From Macrostomum hystrix (Eukaryota; Animalia; Platyhelminthes): 64,000 nucleotides of DNA. The stretch's first letter is position 1; each line of letters starts with the position of its first letter. Positions 14,101-26,100 of the stretch are shown one piece after another. Position numbers and translations under genes: made by a program. The stretch spans positions 13,020,001 to 13,084,000 of the forward strand of contig CATNEN010000007.1 of assembly GCA_950097015.1 (NCBI GenBank). Reading direction: 5' to 3'. Under the pieces are notes generated by a model, which saw only the letters and a program-made list of their open reading frames with translations, was not told the DNA's origin and searched no databases.

Positions 14101-17100
14101 TTCAGAATCTTACAGTCTGAATAAAACTGCCGACTCACTGATTGCGCCTGTGCTGGTACATTTGCATCCTGTATAGTACTTCGTATGCTGGAGTGTATGC
14201 TTGATGTATGCTGGAGTGTATGCTTGATGTATGCTGGAGTGTATGCTTGATGTATGCTGGATTGTATGCTGGACTGTATGCTGGAGTGTATGCTTGATGT
14301 ATGCTGGAGTGTATGCTTGATGTATGCTGGAGTGTATGCTTGATGTATGCTGGAGTGTATGCTTGATGTATGCTGGAGTGTATGCTTGATGTATGCTGGG
14401 GTGTATGCTTGATGTATGCTGGGGTGTATGCTTGATGTATGCTGGATTGTATGCTGGAGTGTATACTGGAGTGTATGCTTGATGTATGCTGGAGTGTATG
14501 CTTGATGTATGCTGGAGTGTATGCTTGATGTATGCTGGAGTGTATGCTTGATGTATGCTGGAGTGTATGCTTGATGTATGCTGGATTGTATGCTTGATGT
14601 ATGCTGGAGTGTATGCTTAATGTATGCTGGATTGTATGCTTGATGTATGCTGGAGTGTATGCTTGATGTATGCTGGATTGTATGCTTGATGTATGCTGGA
14701 GTGTATGCTTGATGTATGCTGGGGTGTATGCTTGATGTATGCTGGAGTGTATGCTTGATGTATGCTGGAGTGTATGCTTGATGTATGCTGGAGTGTATGC
14801 TTGATGTATGCTGGAGTGTATGCTTGATGTATGCTGGATTGTATGCTGGAGTGTATACTGGAGTGTATGCTTGATGTATGCTGGAGTGTATGCTTGATGT
14901 ATGCTGGAGTGTATGCTTGATGTATGCTGGAGTGTATGCTTGATGTATGCTGGAGTGTATGCTTGATGTATGCTGGATTGTATGCTTGATGTATGCTCGA
15001 GTGTATGCTTAATGTATGCTGGATTGTATGCTTGATGTATGCTGGAGTGTATGCTTGATGTATGCTGGAGTGTATGCTTGATGTATGCTGGATTGTATGC
15101 TTGATGTATGCTGGAGTGTATGCTTGATGTATGCTGGAGTGTATGCTTGATGTATGCTGGAGTGTATGCTTAATGTATGCTGGAGTGTATGCTTGATGTA
15201 TGCTGGAGTGTATGCTTGATGTATGCTGGATTGTATGCTGGAGTGTATACTGGAGTGTATGCTTGATGTATGCTGGAGTGTATGCTTGATGTATGCTGGA
15301 CTGTATGCTGGAGTGTATGCTTGATGTATGCTGGATTGTATGCTGGAGTGTATACTGGATTGTATGCTTGATGTATGCTGGAGTGTATGCTTGATGTATG
15401 CTGGATTGTATGCTGGACTGTATGCTGGAGTGTATGCTTGATGTATGCTGGATTGTATGCTGGAGTGTATACTGGAGTGTATGCTTGATGTATGCTGGAG
15501 TGTATGCTTGATGTATGCTGGATTGTATGCTGGAGTGTATACTGGAGTGTATGCTTGATGTATGCTGGAGTGTATGCTTGATGTATGCTGGACTGTATGC
15601 TGGAGTGTATGCTTGATGTATGCTGGATTGTATGCTGGAGTGTATACTGGAGTGTATGCTTGATGTATGCTGGAGTGTATGCTTGATGTATGCTGGATTG
15701 TATGCTGGACTGTATGCTGGAGTGTATGCTTGATGTATGCTGGAGTGTATGCTGGAGTGTATGCTTGATGTATGCTGGAGTGTATGCTTGATGTATGCTG
15801 GAGTGTATGCTGGAGTGTATACTGGAGTGTATGCTTGATGTATGCTGGATTGTATGCTTGATGTATGCTGGAGTGTATGCTTGATGTATGCTGGAGTGTA
15901 TGCTTGATGTATGCTGGAGTGTATGCTTAATGTATGCTGGAGTGTATGCTTGATGTATGCTGGAGTGTATGCTTGATGTATGCTGGATTGTATGCTGGAG
16001 TGTATACTGGAGTGTATGCTTGATGTATGCTGGAGTGTATGCTTGATGTATGCTGGACTGTATGCTGGAGTGTATGCTTGATGTATGCTGGATTGTATGC
16101 TGGAGTGTATACTGGAGTGTATGCTTGATGTATGCTGGAGTGTATGCTTGATGTATGCTGGATTGTATGCTGGACTGTATGCTGGAGTGTATGCTTGATG
16201 TATGCTGGATTGTATGCTGGAGTGTATACTGGAGTGTATGCTTGATGTATGCTGGAGTGTATGCTTGATGTATGCTGGATTGTATGCTGGAGTGTATACT
16301 GGAGTGTATGCTTGATGTGTGCTGGAGTGTATGCTTGATGTATGCTGGACTGTATGCTGGAGTGTATGCTTGATGTATGCTGGATTGTATGCTGGAGTGT
16401 ATACTGGAGTGTATGCTTGATGTATGCTGGAGTGTATGCTTGATGTATGCTGGATTGTATGCTGGAGTGTATACTGGAGTGTATGCTTGATGTATGCTGG
16501 AGTGTATGCTTGATGTATGCTGGATTGTATGCTGGACTGTATGCTGGAGTGTATGCTTGATGTATGCTGGAGTGTATGCTGGAGTGTATGCTTGATGTAT
16601 GCTGGAGTGTATGCTTGATGTATGCTGGATTGTATGCTGGAGTGTATACTGGAGTGTATGCTTGATGTATGCTGGAGTGTATGCTTGATGTATGCTGGAT
16701 TGTATGCTGGACTGTATGCTGGAGTGTATGCTTGATGTATGCTGGAGTGTATGCTGGAGTGTATGCTTGATGTATGCTGGAGTGTATGCTTGATGTATGC
16801 TGGAGTGTATGCTGGAGTGTATGCTGGAGTGTATGCTTGATGTATGCTGGAGTGTATGCTTGAGTGTATACTGGAGTGTATGCTTGATGTATGCTGGACT
16901 GTATGCTGGAGTGTATGCTTGATGTATGCTGGATTGTATGCTGGACTGTATGCTGGAGTGTATGCTTGATGTATGCTGGAGTGTATGCTGGAGTGTATGC
17001 TTGATGTATGCTGGAGTGTATGCTTGATGTATGCTGGAGTGTATGCTGGAGTGTATGCTGGAGTGTATGCTTGATGTATGCTGGAGTGTATGCTTGAGTG

Positions 17101-20100
17101 TATACTGGAGTGTATGCTTGATGTATGCTGGACTGTATGCTGGAGTGTATGCTTGATGTAGGCTGGATCGTCGGCTTTGCTTTCGGGTTGGGTTTCCTAT
17201 TGCTGGTTTTCAGTGCCGAATCGCCCCACATCCATCGGCTGCAGCAGCTGACGGAGCCTGCGGGTCCCTCGACCTTTCGCAGCCGTCACTCATGACTAAG
17301 TGGTCGGCTGGGATTCGGAATTAAATGCCCAGCAACTAGCCCCTGTCCAGTTTAATACTGAACTGCTCCACCAGCAGCTGCTGACACAAGCAATTAATGG
17401 GCGGCCGATTTTAGGATTTGTGAATTCCCGCCTCCCAAATCGGATCTGGCCGCTGCAGGGCTGCGGGTCTCGCGCGTCCCTCTCAATTTTATTCCCCATA
17501 TGAAACTTACGGATCCCATTAGGGGACTAAGCTAACAAGGATATTTTTCTCCAGCCGGGAAGCCTCAGCCAGTCGTCAAATGCCCACCAGCTCCTGCCGT
17601 TGCTGAGAGAATCTCTGGGATCCTTCCTCAGCTGAGAATGCGACCCCCAGCTCCTGCCGTTGCTGAGCGAATCTCTGGGATCCTTCCTCAGCTGAGAATG
17701 CGATCCCCAGCTCCTGCCGTTGCTGAGCGAATCTCTGGGATCCTTCCTCAGCTGAGAATGCGACCCCCAGCTCCTGCCATTGCTGAGAGAATCTCTGGGA
17801 TCCTTCCTCAGCTGAGAATGCGACCCCCAGCTCCTGCCGTTGCTGAGAGAATCTCTGGGATCCTTCCTCAGCTGAGAATGCGACCCCCAGCTCCTGCCGT
17901 TGCTGAGAGAATCTCTGGGATCCTTCCTCAGCTGAGAATGCGATCCCCAGCTCCTGCCGTTGCTGAGAGAATCTCTGGGATCCTTCCTCAGCTGAGAATG
18001 CGACCCCCAGCTCAGTTCCCTCAGAGCAATGGCCCGGAGACACAATAGGCAATCTCAACTCAATAGGTTACAGCCCATGAGAATGTGCAGCCAGGCATTC
18101 AGCCGCCTTATCTGCGCTGCCCATCTGGCCGAGTCTTTAAGTTTGTGTGAAAGTTTTCTCGATGTCTCATTGCTCTCAGTTTACAAGCGAGGCATGAGCT
18201 GAGATTCGCATCTATATCTCACTGGGGCGGTCGGTCAGCCGTAATGCTTAGCAGCCCAGCAGCTTTATGGCCGACCTGCCCACCATCTGTTTCGGCCTCA
18301 ATATCTCTTTGTCTTGTCTGCACTGAATGAGGCATTCGGCCAGCTCTCCATTGTGCCTGATGTTGCATTTTGTCTTGTTCTTCCACTGTCTCTGCATTCT
18401 CCATTACTACTTGATTAACTGCCGGCTGACAGACATTGAAAACCAGCGAGCCTCAAGCACAGCTTTCGCTTGTGTGTTTTAGATACTCTAAATACATTTG
18501 TCTAGCCACCCCGATTTGACAAGACCTGCTCGGCCCATTCTCTTCCCCCACTGTCTCACCGGCATCTTGGGACAGCTTCCCCCACTGTCTCACCGGCATC
18601 TTGGGACAGCTTCCCCCACTGTCTCACCGGCATCTTGGGACAGCTTCCCCCACTGTCTCACCGGCATCTTGGGACAGCTTCCCCCACTGTCTCACCGGCA
18701 TCTTGGGACAGCTTCCCCCACTGTCTCACCGGCATCTTGGGACAGCTTCCCCCACTGTCTCACCGGCAGCTTGGGACAGCTTCCCCCCACTGTCTCACCT
18801 GCATCTTAGGACAGCTTCCCCCACTGTCTCACCGGCAGCTTGGGACAGCTTCCCCCACTGTCTCACCGGCATCTTGGGACAGCTTCCCCCACTGTCTCAC
18901 CGGCATCTTGGGACAGCTTCCCCCACTGTCTCACCGGCATCTTGGGACAGCTTCCCCCACTGTCTCAACGGCAGCTTGGGACAGCTTCCCCCACTGTCTC
19001 ACCGGCATCTTGGGACAGCTTCCCCCACTGTCTCACCTGCATCTTAGGACAGCTTCCCCCACTGTCTCAACGGCATCTTGGGACAGCTTCCCCCACTGTC
19101 TCAACGGCATCTTGGGACAGCTTCCCCCACTGTCTCACCGGCATCTTGGGACAGCTTCCCCCACTGTCTCACCTGCATCTTAGGACAGCTTCCCCCACTG
19201 TCTCACCTGCATCTTAGTACAGCTTCCCCCACTGTCTCACCTGCATCTTAGGACAGCTTCCCCCACTGTCTCACCTGCATCTTAGGACAGCTTCCCCCAC
19301 TGTCTCACCGGCATCCCAGGCCAGCCTCCCTGGCGCGCTGCCAGTGTTTCTCGTCCCAGTTCGTGCACCTCGCCCCCTTATTACTGCCGCAACCCGGCCG
19401 TCTGCCCTGGAATATCGTCTTGGCAAGTGACCGAAGCCCCCAGCGTCCCAAGCACTGGAGGCCTCCCAAGCCTCTGACTGGGCCATTGGAGCTGAGCTCG
19501 GTGGTCTCACGCATGCAGTTGTCTGAGCGAGCCAAATGGGGGTTGCAATTAGCCAGCAAACAGCGGCCTCGGAGCGGCCATTGTTACAAGTTCGGCTGCC
19601 TCCCTGACTCGGAACTTGAGCATACACAGGCTCCGCTCCGCGCAGCCACCCCAGGGTGGCATTAGAGAATTCCTTTACATTCGCCGGATCTGCCGGAATC
19701 TGCCGGAGATAAGGAGCTGGCCGATGCCCCAAATCTGCCGACCCCAATTACTCTTTGGGCAGAGCAGCAGCAGCAGCAGCTGGCAGGGCCACCCGCTGAT
19801 ATCGATCAGTCACGAGTCAGAGGCTTGAGAAATCACTAATTAGTGAGCCGCGGTGAGACAGGAATAGCAGAGGGGAAAGCGAAAGTTGCAGAGGCCGGTG
19901 CGTCATCAAATCCCTGCCCCGCCCTCCCTACTCAGATGGAACTCAGGCAGCTTTCCCAGTCAATTGTCCAGGACTCGGCTGAACAATTTTCATTCCTTCA
20001 TTTTTTGAGACAGGCAGGAGCCCAGCTGGGATGCAGGCAGTTTTTAATAAACGATTTCTCCCACTCCCAGTCCTGACTGACGGGCTGGATGAGAGCCGAG

Positions 20101-23100
20101 TGAGTCCACTGAGTGCATCTTCTGCTGGGCTCTCCAGCTTTCAGTTTCACATGTCAGCGCAGTGGCTGGAGCTGCATTGCAATCCAAAAACACCCCTGAG
20201 GGCTCGCAGTGGCTGGAGCTGCATTGCAATCCAAAAACACTCCTGAGGGCTCTCTGGTGCAGCGCAGCTGACGGAATGCCTGCGGGCCCCAAATTTTGTT
20301 AGCGGCTTTTTCATTGGCCCGCCTTCTACGCAGAATTTTCCCAACTTGTGGAGGCGCAGCTTGAAAACTTGCGAAGTAAAAAAACTTGCGGCTATAAGTG
20401 CTGAATGGCAGCCTGGCGCAGATCCTGCACGGGCATGGCTGATTGCGAATTTATAATTGCAAATGATAATTCCCTAGCACAAAGTCATGTGATTCACTGA
20501 TGCAGATGATGCTGGAGAGTTTGGAATTCTGTGCTCCATTGGGCCTCTAAAATTGGGATATTTTAAGCTGAACTCGAATTCCCTTCCCGCAGACGGAGAA
20601 TCTGCCGTGAGCTTCCGCCTGGCTTGGGGCACCCCCGACTGGCTGCCGCTGAGGGTGAACTCTGTGACCGGCGAGCTGCACCTGACAGGCGCCCCGCCAA
20701 CCAACGGTGCCTCCTGGAAAGTCGACGTTGAAGCAAGCGACGGCGTTCACACGACTGCCTGCTCGGCGTCAGTGACCGTGGCGCCTGCGCCTAACAGGAC
20801 TGACACGCCGGCAAACTCGAGTGCCGTCGTGATGGTGACGGAGAACGGCCAGCTCAGAGAGGTATTCGCCTGGCAGTGTCGTTTCTATGGCAACAGCACG
20901 CCGATTGAGTACACTCTGGTGGGAGATGGCAGCAGCGGCAGCTTCGGACTCGTTGACAAGTTCTCGGGCCGGCTGCGGCTGCTGAAAACTCTTGACAGAG
21001 AGTCGTCGGCCGCGCACTCGCTCAGCCTGACCTGCGCCTGCGATCGGCATGGCGGCCGCGCCTCCGCCGTGCTGGGGCTCTCCGTGCTGGTGGCCGACGA
21101 GAACGACAACTCGCCAGTCTTCGCCGACAACTCGACCAGAACGGTGACTATCCCGCGCAGTCTACCGGCGGATGCTTCAGTGGCGCAGCTCACTGCTTCG
21201 GATCCGGATGCCAGAGAGAACGGGACAGTGACCTACCTGCTCCTCACCGCCACCGACACCTTCTACATCGACTTGACCAGCGGACAGATTCGACTTCGGT
21301 CCGCTTCCTCCACCCTCGTCGGCTCTTCAACGTTCCCCGTCTGGGCTGAAGCCCGCGACCGCGGCCGGCCCTGGCGCTCGGCTCGTTGGCTCCTGAATGT
21401 CAGCCTAGCCATGGTGGACGTCTGCGCGCCCGTCTTCCAACAGCCCAGCTTCACCTTCTGGGTGGAGGAAGCGCTGCCGAGCTCACTGCTGCCCGCCTTC
21501 GTTGGGCGGGCGGAGGCCGCTGACTGCGACTCTCCGACGCTGCTGTACCTGAGCCTGGACGACTCCGTGCCCTTCTCCATGACTACCGACTCCGGCATCG
21601 TCCGTGCCACCAGCCCCGTTGACCGGGAGTCGAGGCCACAGCCGTTCATATTCACCGTGCAGGCTTTCGACAACTCGAGCCCGCGTAAGAGCGCCAGCGC
21701 CACTGTCAGCGTCAGCGTCGCCGACCGCAACGACAACGCACCGGTGTGCGCCTGGCGGCTTGTCTACTTCCGAGTCGCAGAGGACGCCCCGCTCGGCCTT
21801 GAGGTTGGCCGCGTGGTGGCCACCGACCGCGACATCGGCGAAAATGCCCGGCTCAAGTACGCCCTGGTTGCCAGTGCCGCAGGCGTCGCTGATTTCGCTA
21901 TAAATGCCACGGACGGCAGGCTGACAATCCAGGCTCCGCTAGACCGAGAGCGCCGAGCTGAGTACGACCTTCGTGTTCGCGTGTCCGACTTCGGCGTGCC
22001 ACGCCTCTTCGCCGACTGCAGCGTACGCGTCAGCGTCACGGACGTCAACGACAACGCGCCACTCTCGGCTGCAGCCTCTGGCACTTTTTCATTTGACGTT
22101 CTCGTGACGGAAACCCAGAGTGAGCACCGGCTCAGCAACTGTGTAGGGATAGGGATGAGTAGGGATAAAATGCCCGCTCAGATTCAATGTATCCTCTTCG
22201 CTTGCTGATGCCTCTGGATCTGTGGCTGTCATTGAGGAAAGGAATGAGACACTGAGTGCCATGAAGATTTCCCATTAGAGATTCCCTGTTCTATCCAGGA
22301 CCGATGACTCAAACAGGCGATGAGAAACTTTGATCCTGATAGCAGGGCAGCCCAACCCCATGCGTCCAACTCACCTGTCCGCAGCTTTCTGCTATTGATT
22401 AGTCGGCAGTTATCCCATAACATATTCTTGCCCAATGATGAGGCCGCAGGGTTTGCTCGCCTATAATGAATCGATCATTAAAGCTTATCGCCTCCAGGGC
22501 GCAGGTGAGGCCTGCAGCGCCATCGATCCGCTGGCCTCGCCAGATCAGCGGGGATCAGCGGGAATCAGCGGGAATCAGCGGGGATCAGCGGAGATCAGCC
22601 AGGGTGATCCGACATCTGATACCCGATCCGGCAGCGGCTCCAATTTTCCCGTCTCACTTTCATGGATGGGCCTTCCTTTTGTTCTCAGAGCAAATGAGTC
22701 TCGGGGTGCAGAAGTGCGCGCTGGCCCTCCAGCTTCCGCTGTGCGCACCCAACAGGGACAAAAGCAGAGGGAAATGAAAAGGCGAGAAATGCAGGGAGAA
22801 GAAGAGGAAGGGACGGCTGTAAATTACTGAGAGCGCAGCCGGCCACCAACTGAGCAGATCAACGCTAAGTTTGCAGCCCGTCCGTGCCTGCTCTCCAACC
22901 GTTCCTGTGCTACAAGTTAATTTGATCTACAATGCAACACTCACAACAATGCACTCCTCCCGCCCCGCGCAGACGCGAATCTTTTTGTCCTGGTTCAGTG
23001 CCGCTATCCACAGTTTGGGAAGATCCCCTTTCCGGTCTCTGTTGCAAAGATTCTGGCAGACTCAGAGCAGGTGCTAATCCAGCTCCCCCACACCCACAGA

Positions 23101-26100
23101 TGCCCTGGTTGGCGGTGTGCGCGCCTGGGACCCGGACGCAGGCACAAATGGCACAGTGACGTACAGCTTGGCAAAAGGAGGCGACTCAGACAGTGTGCAG
23201 TTGGACACCTCGGACTCGAGCTCCGGCTTTCTCTACCTGCGGCGCTCCTTGGCTGGCGCAGCGCCGGGCTCCGTCCTGCGCTTCACTGTTGACGCCATAG
23301 ACGGCGGCGGCCGACGCACCCCGCTGGCTGTGCAGCTTCGCTTGCTGGCCGCCCCCGCGGACGCCGCCCTGGCCGTTCTGGGATTTGCCGACCACCCGGC
23401 GGTTGTGAGCGTCGCCAACGGCATTGCAGGGCTTGGCCAACCTTTGATCAACCTGACGGCAGTTACCGGCGCCGGGGTGCCCATTGGCTCCGTCCGTTAC
23501 GAGCTGCTGGCGCTGTCTCGGTGCCTGGCCCGGTCCAGCCACTTCCAGTCTGGCCTGTTCAGCGCGGACCTGTCCGTAGACTTTCTCACGGGCCAGCTGA
23601 CGGCCGCGGCTCCACTGGACGCTAGCCGGGTGTCCGAGTACCGTGCGATGGTCCGGGCTTTCACACTAGCCAATCCAGGAGCTTTTGCCAGCGCCATGGT
23701 CTCCGTGCGTGTGATGCCACCTGCAGCGTCCCCGAATTTCGTCAGGCCGGTGTTCGAGTTCGCAGTTGCCGAGAATCTGGCGCCGCCTGTGACGCTTGGC
23801 AGCCTGCAGGCCGCTAACGGCGGCTTTATTGTCCGCTATGCGCTGGTCGGCGAGTCCGGTCCTTTCGCGGTGGACTCCGCTTCAGGGGCACTGCGAACAA
23901 CCGCGCAGCTGGACCGGGAGGCCCGCAGCGCCTGGGAGCTTAACTGCTCCGTGGCTGACGCCGTCACAGGCCGCGTTACCGGCTACGCGGATGTCCACGT
24001 CCTTGTGCTGGACGACAATGACATGCAGCCTTTCGGCACCAGCGCGTACTTTAAGGTTTGGCCATACATAAATCTGACCAAAGTGGGCCATGAGGGATCT
24101 AGGGGTCGATAATTGTGCAGTTGTTAAGCTTACGAACATCTAGCCCAGAACTGGACATGCGGGCCATTCGTAGAGAGGCAATGAAAGGACGATGAGTCTG
24201 CATAATGTCCGGGCTCTCGGGGGATGATATCCCTGGCCTTAGCTCCTCGAAGCCCCAACAACAAAATGAAGGGCGCAGTTCCCTGGAATAAATTATTGCG
24301 TCTGTGCACTGAATACCTCCACACAGCCCCGCTATCAGCCTAGCTGATGCCCAGCGGGCTGTCTGGTGGTCGCGTCTCAACAAATGTCACAGTTAGTACC
24401 TGGCCGATGAAACATTAATGAGCCTGCCTCATTCCCAGAATGTTTAGATCCCTAAATTAACCCTGACAACAGCACTCCATGCGGATCAGCCTACACTAAG
24501 CACCACTCGATTAAATTCTCAATTGAGTCATTCCGCTGCTGCCTCCACTCGTAATCTGCTCAAGATTCTTAGAAGCCTTTCAACTACCACCTCAGCTCTA
24601 CCTTCAACCACCTCCTCAGCTCTACCTTCAACCACCTCCTCAGCTCTACCATCAACCACCACCTCTGCTCTACCTTCAACCACCACCTCAGCTCTACCTT
24701 CAACCACCTCCTCAGCTCTACCTTCAACCACCTCCTCAGCTCTACCTTCAACCACCTCCTCAGCTCTACCTTCAACCACCTCCTCAGCTCTACTTTCAAC
24801 CACCTCCTCAGCTCTACCTTCAACCACCTCCTCAGCTCTACCTTCAACCACCTCCTCAGCTCTACCTTCAACCACCTCCTCAGCTCTACCTTCAACCACC
24901 TCCTCAGCTCTACCTTCAACCACCTCCTCAGCTCTACCTTCAACCACCTCCTCAGCTCTACCTTCAACCACCTCCTCAGCTCTACCTTCAACCACCTCCT
25001 CAGCTCTACCTTCAACCACCTCCCCAGCTCTACCTTCAATCACCTCCTCAGCTCTACCTTCAACCACCTCCTCAGCTCTACCTTCAACCACCTCCTCAGC
25101 TCTACCTTCAACCACCTCCTCAGCTCTAACTTCAACCACCACCTCAGCTCTACCTTCAACCACCTCCTCAGCTCTACCTTCAACCACCTCCTCAGCTCTA
25201 CCTTCAACCACCATCCTCAGCTCTACCTTCAACCACCTCCTCAGCTCTACCTTCAACCACCTCCTCAGCTCTACCTTCAATCACCTCCTCAGCTCTACCT
25301 TCAACCACCTCCTCAGCTCTACCTTCAACCACCTCCTCAGCTCTACCTTCAACCACCTCCTCAGCTCTACCTTCAACCACCTCCTCAGCTCTACCTTCAA
25401 CCACCTCCTCAGCTCTACCTTCAACCACCTCCTCAGCTCTACCTTCAATCACCTCCTCAGCTCTACCTTCAACCACCTCCTCAGCTCTACCTTCAACCAC
25501 CTCCTCAGCTCTACCTTCAACCACCTCCTCAGCTCTAACTTCAACCACCACCTCAGCTCTACCTCAACCACCACCTCAGCTCTACCTTCAACCACCTCCT
25601 CAGCTCTACCTTCAACCACCTCCTCAGCTCTACCTTCAACCACCTCCTCAGCTCTAACTTCAACCACCACCTCAGCTCTACCTTCAACCACTCCTCAGCT
25701 CTACCTTCAACCACCTCCTCAGCTCTACCTTCAACCACCTCCTCAGCTCTACCTTCAACCACCTCCTCAGCTCTAACTTCAACCACCTCCTCAGCTCTAC
25801 CTTCAACCACCTCCTCAGCTCTACCTTCAACCACCTCCTCAGCTCTAACCTTCAACCACCACCTCAGCTCTACCTTCAACCACACCTCAGCTCTACCTTC
25901 AACCACCTCCTCAGCTCTACCTTACCTTCAAACCCACCTCCTCAGCTCTACCTTCAACACCTCCTCAGCTCTACCTTCAAACCACTCTTCCTCAGCTCTA
26001 CCTTCAACCACCTCCTCAGCTCTACCTTCAAACCTTCAACCCCTCCTCAGCTCTACCTTCAAACCACCTCCTCAGCTTACCTTCAACCACCTCCTCAGCT

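Noticed and set aside
15927-17231. 434-aa ORF (HTLQ/AYTP/SSIH repeats)
   Set aside because: Translation of the satellite, antisense within a Fat intron.
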